Shown in pieces: positions 36,418-46,578 of a stretch of 57,382 nucleotides of DNA (within the stretch, counting starts at the first letter, position 1; each line of letters starts with the position of its first letter). The stretch lies in the IMG/VR virus record IMGVR_UViG_3300035208_002853, positions 88,033 to 145,414 of that record; one strand, written 5' to 3'. The notes below the pieces were generated by a model. The model was not told where the DNA came from and did not search any database. It saw nothing but the letters and a program-made list of their open reading frames with translations. Made by a program: the position numbers and the translations under genes. Source of the DNA: a virus (taxonomy: Duplodnaviria; Heunggongvirae; Uroviricota; Caudoviricetes).

Positions 36418-36813
36418 ATGAGTGACGCATCTAGAGTTGCCGCCGAATTAGAAATGTTCGCACTCAAGAAATGGTCGCAGACAGAGCTATATGTAAGGCA
36501 ATTCTCGAACCAAGCCCAAGATCGTTCGAGGTCGCTTGCACCCGGTCCGGACACGGGGACTCTTGATCGGAGTATAAAATATACTGAAAAGTCTCTCGGA
36601 GTTTTTAACCTAGAGGTAACTTCGGAAATTGAGCCGAATGCAAATCCCGATACTGGAATTACTGCCGATATTTATGGACGGCACCAAAACGATGGGCACT
36701 ACTCGATTTTTCTTCGGAGATCTGTCCCCCCAATTTTATTCATGGAAACGGGCGGCGAAGAATGCTATGTTGATTTAATGGGCAAACTGTCTGGTATTTG
36801 GGGAGGAATTTAG
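36418..36813 (+). CDS. HK97 gp10-like neck protein (putative)
   Basis: RSLAP..DTGTLDRSI...YG.HQ.DG...FM pattern. Confidence 0.65.
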   Translation: MSDASRVAAELEMFALKKWSQTELYVRQFSNQAQDRSRSLAPGPDTGTLDRSIKYTEKSLGVFNLEVTSEIEPNANPDTGITADIYGRHQNDGHYSIFLRRSVPPILFMETGGEECYVDLMGKLSGIWGGI

Positions 36814-37236
36814 ATGGTATTTGTTGAACCCGTTCCTACGATGGTAAAAAAAGCAAGGCTTAATTCAACTTTACTCGCCCTGCTTCCTGCTTCTAAAATT
36901 CATGAAGGATTCATGCCTAATGAACCAACAATTCCAGGGGTTTATATTCACAGCGGTAGATCTCCTATGCGTCAAGTCGTGAGTTCTGCAAATCAAACTA
37001 ATCATGTAATGACAGGTGATGCAAGATGGCAAGTAGACACTTTGTCCTCAGAGAGTGCTAGTGCAGCCAATAAACTTGCTCGTGTTTGTTGTGAGGCATT
37101 AATGCCTTCGATCCCGACAGCGGGTTTATTTGTAATTAATTACGAGGAAAGAGATACCAATTGGGATACTGGATATCTTTGTTATCGTAGCACTTTTAGG
37201 ATAGAGTGTCCATATAGGGAATGGATAACGGGATAA
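36814..37236 (+). CDS. Tail terminator/completion protein (putative)
   Basis: L.ALLPAS.IH...P..P.VYI...RWQVD pattern; synteny. Confidence 0.6.
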   Translation: MVFVEPVPTMVKKARLNSTLLALLPASKIHEGFMPNEPTIPGVYIHSGRSPMRQVVSSANQTNHVMTGDARWQVDTLSSESASAANKLARVCCEALMPSIPTAGLFVINYEERDTNWDTGYLCYRSTFRIECPYREWITG

Positions 37237-37237
37237 T

Positions 37238-37263
37238 TTATATTTAATTCATATTTTTAAAAT
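37238..37263 (+). promoter_or_regulatory. Conserved late-module motif, copy 5
   Basis: TTATATTTAATTCATATTTTTAAAAT. Confidence 0.6.
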
Positions 37264-37304
37264 CTCTATTTAAACCTCTCTTCTTAACCTAGACACGATT
37301 TTCT

Positions 37305-40300
37305 ATGTCCGGATCAAACTACTATTCTCGATTCATATTCACCTCGACGGGTCTTCCGCAGGTACTTTCCCAATTTAAAGCAGCTGCGGCTCAAATAGAC
37401 GCTCAAGCCGCGACTATGGGGAAGATGAATTTTAGTGGTATGGCCGGAGCCATTCCCATCCTAAAGAATATTGACAATTCTTTAATGTTAATGGGTCAGC
37501 ATCTCAATCTTTTTTCCTCACAAAGTGCAAAACTCGGACAGGTATTCACACCTATGGCCTCTGGTGCTACCAAAGCCTCCACCGCTACTAAATCCGTAAC
37601 AACTTCCATGACCCAGTTGCAGGCTGTTTCTGGACGAGTCTCTTCATCTACAGCCAGAGTAACCAGTTCAATGTCTGCCATGGGCGCAGCAGGAAAATCG
37701 GCGTTAGGAGGAATCGTTGGTGCCGGAGAACGTGCCATAGCTACTATGAGTGCTCTCTCTGCCGCCACCACGTCCGTTGGGCGCTCTATGGCCCGTATGG
37801 GTACTCTAGCGGCCATTCCTATGGCCGGAATGAGGGGCCTAAGTGGAGCGATTACAGGCTCGTTATTAGCGTCCTCTGCGGGAATGCTACTAAACCCGTT
37901 CAATGCTGCCCCACTAGCGGCTGGCTACGGTGTTTATACCCAAGGAAATGTGAGTAAAGCAGCTTCAGAAGCAGCCGCTAAGTCTTGGCAACCCGGCATG
38001 TCTCAGCGAGATATAGATGCGATTAAGCAAGCAGTAATGAGCAATTCTCGCGCCGCCGCTGGACAGTCGATTTATAGTCCTACCGATATCGCAAAAATGT
38101 GGGCTGAGTATGCAGGAATGGGCGGAGACGTTTCTGCTGGGAAAATTACTGATAGTTTATCAAAAGTTTTTACTAATTATGCCCAAGCAATAAACGTTCC
38201 TGATATTGGAACCGCGCTCAACACCCTTGTATCTCAAAATATGGTTTGGAATGGCCAAGAGAAAGCGTTTAATGAAGCCGCCCTTCGAAATACCTCTGAT
38301 ATGATGGCAATGTTAGTTGCCCAGACTAAACTCAAGGGTACAGATCTTAACGATCTATTGAAAGATGTTTCCCCTGTAGCAAAAGCATATGGTTTGTCCC
38401 AAGAAGAGACTTACGCTATGACGGGCGGCATGGCCCAACTCGGTCTCAATCCTCAACAGGCAGGCATGGCCCTTCGTAGAATTCTGTTGCGTGGAACTCC
38501 TAACGTTTCTGCGCTGGAAAAACAAGAGGCTTATAACCAAGGTATCACAAATGAGAAAGGTAACATAATTGATGCCGAAACTGGAAAAGAAATTTCCTTA
38601 TCCTACGTCAACCAAGCTCTTGACCAACTCGACCTTACTTGGGCCGATATTAATCCAGAAAAAAACACAAACGGCATAGTGGGAGTTTTCCAAGATATTG
38701 CTTCAAAAATGAAAGAAGCGGGAATGTCCCCCGAGCAGCAACAGGCTTGGATGAAGACTGTTTATGGGTTGCAGGGCGTTACTCCTGCCCAGATGCTTAC
38801 CCAAAATCCAGAATATTTACTTGATTTGTATGAGAAAATCAAAAAATCTTCTGGCGCAGCCAACTCTATGTCCAATATTATGACCGATAACATGATTGAC
38901 CAACTTAAAATGTTGGGATCTGCGGTCAAAGGCACTGCTCAGGACATAGGTGCATATTTTGAACCTAGTGTAGTAAAACTTACCAAGTTTTTAAAAGATT
39001 CCGCCCTTCCCGGTCTGGAAAATCTCGGTTCCGCCATCGCCGCTGGAGATTGGGAAGGAGCCGCTGATATAGTAGGCTCCGCCGTTGATTTCCTTGGACA
39101 AAAGTTCGAAGATTCCGGACCTGTCCTAACAGATTGGATTAATAATGGAATAGACGGCCTAGACGAGTTTTCCCAGCGACTTGCAGATTTTACATCTGGA
39201 GGGGGAGTTTCTGATCTCTTTGGTGGACTTGGAGAATGGGCTCAAAACATTTGGGACGGGATAGACTGGTCCCAAGTAGATACCATTACAAGTAATTTAT
39301 CCACGGCATTTAATAATGCCTGGGACCAATCGATGACTTGGTTCCAGGGGAAACTCGATGCCATTAACTGGGATAATGTTGGTACCAGACTTGGGACGGC
39401 CCTAGAAACTGGCGGAGCATGGCTACTCAAAATTGCTGATAAAATTCCTTGGGCAAGCTTAACTACTGCGGCTACTAATGCTTTAACGGGAATAGTACTT
39501 AAAATTAACTGGACAGGAGCGTTTGCGGGTGCAAAAGCTACAGCGGAATCTATAGGTGGTGCGGTTTACACGGGAGTCGTAAATTCCGGACTTGCAACTT
39601 ATTTACAAACCGCTGCTACCAATTTTGCCAATACAATAATGATGGCCGTAGGGAGTGCCGCGGTATCTCTTGCAAATATTGCGATGAAGGCGGGGGTGAG
39701 TCCTACTACCGTTGCAGGTGTAACGGATGCTACTGTTAACGAGGGAAAAGGAATCTATAATACAGCTTTAAACGCTGGGAAAACATTGTTAGACCCAATA
39801 GGTCCTTATAATTTATTACATTCTACAAACGCACAAGGGGACTATACTGGATTCGGAGACTTTCTTTATAAAGATGAAAATGGCAATTATCAATTTAAAT
39901 ATCCTTGGAGTCCAGTAGAACTGGGGAGTTCATCGATATGGGATGGAAGTAAAAAAACGGATATCGGCGGCCAGTTTGGGAATACTCTTCCTAAAAGTTC
40001 TGGTTTTTCTGAAAATGCAGGAAATAAAGTTTTGGGCGAACCTGAACAGTTTTATAGGACATCGTATGATGAAAGCTCTGGGAATAGAATTACCAAAGTA
40101 GACACGTCGTATTTGACCAGTTCCAAACAGATAATTGAAGACAAAGAACCTCTTTTGTGGATGGACGCATTTATAAAACAAAGAAGCACACTTAAAGATG
40201 CGGCAGACTTAGCGACGAATAACTGTGCCCACCTAGCAACCGATTTTATACAAGACGCAAGAGCTTATGCAAAAGCTACTCCCTCCCCAAATGACGATGT

Positions 40301-43300
40301 TTGGGCAAATAATTTAAAGTTTTTGGGACTATACGGGACGAATTCCAATGGGGAGGTGCTTAACCATGCGGTGCCAGCATACTCACCATCTGGAAAATGG
40401 GACGCTGGATCTACATATGTAATTGAACCCAAAGGGGTTGATTTAAATAACGAAGGCAAGCTAACTGCGAGTAATTACGGTCCCTTGAGTACCGCTGGAT
40501 CGTTATTTGGGATTAGTGGGTTTAATATAGAACAGGCGAAGATATATGATAAATATTCCATGCAGGACCCATATACAGGCGTTAAAGGAATCGGACAGAA
40601 CCAAACCGATTTTTCTTTAGAAAATGGCCCTGTTCTTTGGCCCAATTCAGAAAAACCAGAAGAGGGGTGGAAATTATTTACTGGTGTCGGCGGCACAGAA
40701 GAAAAATCATATCCAGGTCTAGAAAGTAGTCCTCTCGTAGGAGATAGAGCAGTTCAAGCAACATACAAAGCGGCGAAATCTAGTGGTTATGAGGTTCCTC
40801 ACGATAGCGACGATTCGGGTTCCAGTTCAAAATCTAGTTCAAAATCCAACTCGAAAAATTCAGAATCTACTTCCAAAAATACAGAACAATCAGCGATGTC
40901 TTTAGACAGTATAGACTCCACACTAAAGTCGTTAGGAAATCAACCCGTAATGTTGTCGGGGACTAGGGCGGATAAGTCTACCTATCAAAAGGAATTCTAT
41001 GCTGACGATGCCAGGTCGATAATCAAAGAATTAGATGCCGCTGGTACTAAGATAACTTCAATAGCCAAACTACAAAAAGATTCTAGTGGGAACATTCTCC
41101 CTCCATCGGACTCAGACATAATTACAAACAAAAATCAATTACAACAAGAGAATAACGATATTATCGGAAAGAATAATATAGTCATTGGAGATATGGCGGA
41201 AGCGGTTCGGAATTTTCCGCCAGAACTTGCTTCACAATTTACAGATGTAAATGACATAAACTATGATGCAATAGCAAAGGCTATTGGGGATGTTTATTTC
41301 CAGGGAGATCAGAGCAAGATTTCTGGAGAAACTCTAAAATCTTGGGACGATACCATAAAAGGAACGAATGCAGATTTAATTGCGGACTTAAAACTTCTTC
41401 TGGCTGGATTAATTGAAAACAGAAAAGTTGAAGAAAAAATAGCAGAAAAAACCGACGAAACCTCCAAAAACACAAAGAAGATTGCGGGTTTTGACTATAA
41501 AGATCCTTTTAAAACTCTAACCCCATATGTTCCTTCCGTCTCAACCAGTGATTCTTCTAAATCTCCATCTACCCAACAAAATAAAGTTCCTTATGTGGAT
41601 CAAAATGAGGCTCAAGAAGAATATGACCCAAAGTTTTATAGGTCTTATATTGGCGCGACCGAAGGGTATATCCCCTGGTTAGAACAGGAGGAGGGAGCTC
41701 GCAGAATAAGTTCTTGGGGGCTAGGGGCGGCAGGGAAATTGAATGGGCTTGGTTTGACCTCTGGAAACGGAGATATTCCAACAGGTCCTTATACTACACA
41801 AGAAATGGTAAATCAAGCGATTATAAAAATTGCTCCTCAGCTAGATGAAGAAGAACTTATAAGACTTAAAGAAAAAATAGAGTCAGAAGGTTTTAATGCT
41901 GATTTATTGATAGATACTTCTAAAGCCGACGCATCCTTAACAGATATTAAATCTGATGCATCCAAATCGACTACTTCTATTCACAAAATAAATGTAGATA
42001 ATTATTCTGTTCTTTTAGCAAAAATGGAGAATTCCAAGTCTACTAGTAGTACGCACACCATATATACGATTCATAAAAATGGAGGAATTTCAGATTTTGG
42101 TTCGGGAACCACAACCTTACCGGATAATTCGGTTTTTGATTGGGGAGCGCCATTTAAAAGGGTAAGTGAGTCTCAAGCGTCTTTAATTTCTGATTTAAAA
42201 ACTTCTGAAGGTACACCAATAGATACGGCAGAGGCATTAAATAAGATTCCTTGGATGAATGATAATCAAAAAAATATTGTAAAAAAAATGTTAGAAATTG
42301 TCGAAAAAGACAAAACTGATCAGGGCGATTATCAGGGAGTGGTTAACGCACTTACTAATTTAAATAATGGAAATTTAAAATTTATCCCTGAGATAAATAA
42401 CTGTGTCAGTGGCGCGGAAAAACTTCAAGACGCTTTTATTGCAGCAGGTTTTGGTAAATATGCCGCTATAGGTGATTCTGGGTCTCATGCCTTCAACGTC
42501 ATTTCTCCAGATGAAACGTTTTCCCCGTCCACCTCGCTTATCATTGATAGCACTCCGGGACAGTCAGATGATACTTTTTATCCGAATTGGGCCGCAGCCG
42601 CCTCCTCCTCCAGAGCATCCTTTGCTTCTGATGTCGATCTCCGTCGCGATTTTCCCGATACATCTCAAACTATTGAATTAAAAAATGGAGTATACCAAGT
42701 ATCCCAAAATTTTGGGATGGACCCATTTAAGGTGTGGAAATATTTGCCCACAGACGTTGCTTCCATTGGTGGAGATGAATTTTCTCGTTCTTCTGACGCA
42801 ATTAAGTTGAATTGGGACACTTCCCAAGTTGATTTACTAAAATCTACTCTTTCCGAGGGAGGCCAATTTTCCATTTCTGCGGATACCTCTTCGGCTAATG
42901 CGTCCTTAGAGGAATTCAAGACCAAAGCTATCCAACCCACTAATTCAAAACACTCAATATTCGCAGATAATTCTGCTCCGCTTCAAGCGGTCTCTCTTAA
43001 TAAACAACCAACTTGGTCTCAACATACGATTTATGTAAAACAAGTAACTAATTTTTCTAAAGGGACATCAACCCTTTCCGATGGGAGCATATTTAGTTTT
43101 GACGCATTTAAATCCCCCAGTATTCCCGCCTTTGCCGAAGGAGGTTATACTGGATCTTACCAAGGAGAAGCGACGGTGCATCCACACGAAGTTATTCTTA
43201 ATGCGGCTCAACAAAGAGGGGTTTCGGATGCTATATCTGGCAATAACTCTGCGAGGCCAATATATATTAGTATAGATGCAAGGGGATCAATGGAGACTGA

Positions 43301-43358
43301 TTGGGATGGGGTTGTTGCGAAGATAAAGTCTGCACTCCAGGATGATTCATATAGGTAG
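37305..43358 (+). CDS. Tape measure protein (TP901-type core) with C-terminal Cys-His hydrolase-like domains
   Basis: 2017 aa, Ala/Gly-rich; VSPVAKAYGLS.EET.A..G.MAQ.GL...QAG.ALRRI; W-periodic region; C-terminal AFAEGG...VHPHE.IL. Confidence 0.9.
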   Translation: MSGSNYYSRFIFTSTGLPQVLSQFKAAAAQIDAQAATMGKMNFSGMAGAIPILKNIDNSLMLMGQHLNLFSSQSAKLGQVFTPMASGATKASTATKSVTTSMTQLQAVSGRVSSSTARVTSSMSAMGAAGKSALGGIVGAGERAIATMSALSAATTSVGRSMARMGTLAAIPMAGMRGLSGAITGSLLASSAGMLLNPFNAAPLAAGYGVYTQGNVSKAASEAAAKSWQPGMSQRDIDAIKQAVMSNSRAAAGQSIYSPTDIAKMWAEYAGMGGDVSAGKITDSLSKVFTNYAQAINVPDIGTALNTLVSQNMVWNGQEKAFNEAALRNTSDMMAMLVAQTKLKGTDLNDLLKDVSPVAKAYGLSQEETYAMTGGMAQLGLNPQQAGMALRRILLRGTPNVSALEKQEAYNQGITNEKGNIIDAETGKEISLSYVNQALDQLDLTWADINPEKNTNGIVGVFQDIASKMKEAGMSPEQQQAWMKTVYGLQGVTPAQMLTQNPEYLLDLYEKIKKSSGAANSMSNIMTDNMIDQLKMLGSAVKGTAQDIGAYFEPSVVKLTKFLKDSALPGLENLGSAIAAGDWEGAADIVGSAVDFLGQKFEDSGPVLTDWINNGIDGLDEFSQRLADFTSGGGVSDLFGGLGEWAQNIWDGIDWSQVDTITSNLSTAFNNAWDQSMTWFQGKLDAINWDNVGTRLGTALETGGAWLLKIADKIPWASLTTAATNALTGIVLKINWTGAFAGAKATAESIGGAVYTGVVNSGLATYLQTAATNFANTIMMAVGSAAVSLANIAMKAGVSPTTVAGVTDATVNEGKGIYNTALNAGKTLLDPIGPYNLLHSTNAQGDYTGFGDFLYKDENGNYQFKYPWSPVELGSSSIWDGSKKTDIGGQFGNTLPKSSGFSENAGNKVLGEPEQFYRTSYDESSGNRITKVDTSYLTSSKQIIEDKEPLLWMDAFIKQRSTLKDAADLATNNCAHLATDFIQDARAYAKATPSPNDDVWANNLKFLGLYGTNSNGEVLNHAVPAYSPSGKWDAGSTYVIEPKGVDLNNEGKLTASNYGPLSTAGSLFGISGFNIEQAKIYDKYSMQDPYTGVKGIGQNQTDFSLENGPVLWPNSEKPEEGWKLFTGVGGTEEKSYPGLESSPLVGDRAVQATYKAAKSSGYEVPHDSDDSGSSSKSSSKSNSKNSESTSKNTEQSAMSLDSIDSTLKSLGNQPVMLSGTRADKSTYQKEFYADDARSIIKELDAAGTKITSIAKLQKDSSGNILPPSDSDIITNKNQLQQENNDIIGKNNIVIGDMAEAVRNFPPELASQFTDVNDINYDAIAKAIGDVYFQGDQSKISGETLKSWDDTIKGTNADLIADLKLLLAGLIENRKVEEKIAEKTDETSKNTKKIAGFDYKDPFKTLTPYVPSVSTSDSSKSPSTQQNKVPYVDQNEAQEEYDPKFYRSYIGATEGYIPWLEQEEGARRISSWGLGAAGKLNGLGLTSGNGDIPTGPYTTQEMVNQAIIKIAPQLDEEELIRLKEKIESEGFNADLLIDTSKADASLTDIKSDASKSTTSIHKINVDNYSVLLAKMENSKSTSSTHTIYTIHKNGGISDFGSGTTTLPDNSVFDWGAPFKRVSESQASLISDLKTSEGTPIDTAEALNKIPWMNDNQKNIVKKMLEIVEKDKTDQGDYQGVVNALTNLNNGNLKFIPEINNCVSGAEKLQDAFIAAGFGKYAAIGDSGSHAFNVISPDETFSPSTSLIIDSTPGQSDDTFYPNWAAAASSSRASFASDVDLRRDFPDTSQTIELKNGVYQVSQNFGMDPFKVWKYLPTDVASIGGDEFSRSSDAIKLNWDTSQVDLLKSTLSEGGQFSISADTSSANASLEEFKTKAIQPTNSKHSIFADNSAPLQAVSLNKQPTWSQHTIYVKQVTNFSKGTSTLSDGSIFSFDAFKSPSIPAFAEGGYTGSYQGEATVHPHEVILNAAQQRGVSDAISGNNSARPIYISIDARGSMETDWDGVVAKIKSALQDDSYR

Positions 43359-43363
43359 GAATC

Positions 43364-46300
43364 ATGACTTCCACTTTTAATAATCAGAAATTTAATGTCT
43401 CGGTTTTTAATCGAGGAGAAGGGAATTACGCCACATCTTTCGATGTAATAACTTGGAATGATAAATCTTATTCCGATATACAGACAAATTTAGTTTACAA
43501 TAATATTAATTATGAAGAAATTTCTTCCGATTTACAGTGGAATGATCTTGCGATAACTTCAGAGTTTTTAGACAATTTCAAGTGGATAAATAGGGAGACG
43601 GTTGAATCATCTAGCATTATGGAGTGGGACGGAATTTCTTATGTCTCCTCTGATGATTCGTTCAAATGGGGAAATAGATCTTTCCGTCGTGATTTAAGAT
43701 TTAATCAGGAAAAATATAACAAGTCTTCGTTTAATCGTGGGACGGTTTTTATTTCTGCTGCCGACATTGCGAAATGGAATAATCGGATCTTTGCCGATAT
43801 TTCTACAAACAATCTTCAATGGAATAATAGAATTTATACAGATAGTTACGCCTATTCGATTAAATGGCTAAATCGGATGTATTTTAGCCAAGACTCAATC
43901 CTACAATGGAATAATAGGATTTTTCTTTCGGAGATTCCAAGTATTTTACAATGGAATTCTGTTTCATTTGATACATCGTCCAACATATTAAAATGGAAAG
44001 AACGAATGTTTTTAACCGTATCTTCCATATCTCAATGGAATGAAGTCCATTATACGCCTGATTCAGAAACCACTTTCTTGTGGTTGGGTGCGGCAGGTGT
44101 AGTTTGGCCTTTAAATGATTATTTGAGTGTAAAAACAATACAGGGACAATATATCTTCCCGGATATTGTAGGAGGCGGAATTTCATTTAAAGACGGGTCT
44201 ATAGGGGAAGCAACATTCGAATTAAATCAGTTTATTCCAGAAGATTCTCAGTGTGTGTTTTACCTTAAAGGCTCTGCTAGGATGTTTGATGGCATTTCTA
44301 GGCGCTGCGTAAAGGGAGACCAAGGGATATACAAAGTCACAATTCAAGAGTATGACGAAATTTTAAAACCAGAAAATGGGAAGGGAGGTCATTATCTTGT
44401 TAAAAACGAGTGGCACGACGTTAAATTATCTAATCTATTGTCGAGCGACAAACCATCTCTTAATGATGATGAAGTAGGACTTCTTTATATGGCGCGTTCC
44501 GCCATTCCAGATTATTTATTTGTAGAACATGACGTAACAAATAATATTTTCAAATTTGAATATGATGGAATTCCTTATTCGATAACTGAAGTTTTTGAGG
44601 ATCACACTCTATTAACTCAGAAATCAAGTGCCTCAGATCTTGTCGCAAATTCTGGGTGGTATCACGACGCAGCAAATAAAGTTCTTTACATAAAATGCAG
44701 CGATGGAGTTTTTCCGTATTATCATGTAATTTCTGTTCCATATATTTGGGATTATAGAATTCCTGTTAGAATTGGGAATATCAGTAGTCAGGCAGATACA
44801 GTTATAGCTTATTGGGAAACAGCAAATGGAGATATTCCGTTAGATACTATAGCCACTTTGTTGACCGCTCTTAACTTGGAATACGAGCCTGTTTATAGGA
44901 ACGGGTCTTTGTACATAGACATATCCTCGAAAATAGGTAGCGGAACAACAGCGTCTCCCGCTAATTATTATAGAGAAAAGGACAACATTATTACCGTTCA
45001 AGAAATTGACATGGCTGATGCCCGTCATATGATTAATGGTGTAGGATTTAGAGGATACGGTTCGGGAGCAGGAGGAGTGATTTCCGGGAAACATATAAAT
45101 ATGGGTCGTGGAGGCAGATTTATTCTCCTTGACGACTCGTCGGTTCATAGTCAGGCGATGGCCGATGGCTTTGTGGAGAAGTATTTAGATGATCATTATT
45201 TACCTGCTCGGAGTATAAAATTTTCTGCCCCGATCTTCATTGGGGATGCAGTAGATCAGCGAAGATTAGGAGATACCGCTCATATTTCTATTCCGTCTGA
45301 GTATCTTGAGCAAGATTTGAGAGTTAAAGAGGTTGCAATAAAACTGAAACCTTTGTCCCAGACCTTAACTTTTGGAGATAAATTAATTTCTTATGACGAT
45401 CAAATAAAGGCCATGAGAGCGGCCTCCGAAAAGTATAGAAAACATTTACAGGGCGAAATTGAAGAGTTTAATTTCAATTGGTCAGAAAATCTAGACAACG
45501 GAGCAAATAGGTCTGAAAAGTTTACGATTACCGAGGATACTCTAAAAATTCAGAAGTTAGAGCTATCTTGCAGTACCAGCCTGTTTAAAGTCGATGCGAT
45601 GGCTGGATGGAATGGAGGAGGCGGCGGCGGTGGGGATGGAGGGAGCGAAACGCCTGGAGAGAAACCGCGAACAGGTGTTGGAAGCGCCCATACACATACG
45701 TTGACATCTGGAGCGGTCGGGGCTCCAAGTGCAACACTTGAGGTCGCGGCGAAAAGCCATACACATACGTATTCTTCTACATCTGGTGAACCATCTGGAA
45801 CGACGGCGGTCGTGAGTGCGGTTTCACAGGCAGCATCGTCTACTGATTGTTGTACTGGGGTGAATTGTGGTAAAAGATTTATTACTGCGGTCGGAGCATT
45901 GACAATAACTTCCGGGACTAACGTAGCATCAAGTTCTCACACCCATTCCATATCGGGAACAACTTCCGTACCAGGTAGCTACAGTTTTGTTGCCGCACAT
46001 GACCATGTTCATACAATAACTGCCCTAGTGCTTTCCAACGAATCTACTCATACTCACGAAATATCTTCAGACGGATTAAATCCTACCGTGGCAACATCGC
46101 CCACTGCTGGAGTTGCCGTAGATCCACTTACAAATGAACCCGCCGCGGATTCCGACGATTGGTTGGCATGTCCCGGAACTCTTTATAACACATTTTTTAG
46201 CGCTCCAGGATCAGATCCGAGTATGTATCTGACCATTAAGCTTTCTGGTCCCGGAATAACGGGAACCCAAGAAATAAGTGGTTCGCCTTTCTCGGTACAC

Positions 46301-46471
46301 GTAAATGACAGCGTTGGACCCGTTTTGATAGACGACATTGTGAAATCCGCGGGAGAATTTACAGTAACCATTGGATTGAGCAACAAAGATACCCCCGCTA
46401 ATGATTGTCACATAAATTATTCTATGCAAATAAGCGGCCAAATATTTGTGGACACAATCGTAAAATCTTAA
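43364..46471 (+). CDS. Large tail/baseplate protein with N-terminal Trp repeats and a His-X-His segment
   Basis: Follows TMP; 14-15-aa (Q/K)WNNR repeats; central hub-like region (LGDTAHI...LRVKEV); HTH/HSI motifs. Confidence 0.7.
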   Translation: MTSTFNNQKFNVSVFNRGEGNYATSFDVITWNDKSYSDIQTNLVYNNINYEEISSDLQWNDLAITSEFLDNFKWINRETVESSSIMEWDGISYVSSDDSFKWGNRSFRRDLRFNQEKYNKSSFNRGTVFISAADIAKWNNRIFADISTNNLQWNNRIYTDSYAYSIKWLNRMYFSQDSILQWNNRIFLSEIPSILQWNSVSFDTSSNILKWKERMFLTVSSISQWNEVHYTPDSETTFLWLGAAGVVWPLNDYLSVKTIQGQYIFPDIVGGGISFKDGSIGEATFELNQFIPEDSQCVFYLKGSARMFDGISRRCVKGDQGIYKVTIQEYDEILKPENGKGGHYLVKNEWHDVKLSNLLSSDKPSLNDDEVGLLYMARSAIPDYLFVEHDVTNNIFKFEYDGIPYSITEVFEDHTLLTQKSSASDLVANSGWYHDAANKVLYIKCSDGVFPYYHVISVPYIWDYRIPVRIGNISSQADTVIAYWETANGDIPLDTIATLLTALNLEYEPVYRNGSLYIDISSKIGSGTTASPANYYREKDNIITVQEIDMADARHMINGVGFRGYGSGAGGVISGKHINMGRGGRFILLDDSSVHSQAMADGFVEKYLDDHYLPARSIKFSAPIFIGDAVDQRRLGDTAHISIPSEYLEQDLRVKEVAIKLKPLSQTLTFGDKLISYDDQIKAMRAASEKYRKHLQGEIEEFNFNWSENLDNGANRSEKFTITEDTLKIQKLELSCSTSLFKVDAMAGWNGGGGGGGDGGSETPGEKPRTGVGSAHTHTLTSGAVGAPSATLEVAAKSHTHTYSSTSGEPSGTTAVVSAVSQAASSTDCCTGVNCGKRFITAVGALTITSGTNVASSSHTHSISGTTSVPGSYSFVAAHDHVHTITALVLSNESTHTHEISSDGLNPTVATSPTAGVAVDPLTNEPAADSDDWLACPGTLYNTFFSAPGSDPSMYLTIKLSGPGITGTQEISGSPFSVHVNDSVGPVLIDDIVKSAGEFTVTIGLSNKDTPANDCHINYSMQISGQIFVDTIVKS

Positions 46472-46578
46472 GATAAAATTTTTACATTTTGATGAATATG
46501 TGGAGATATTTAATAATTGTGAATAGAAAGACTTAAATAGATGTAAAATAATACTTGTTAAAGGATTTGTGAGATTAA

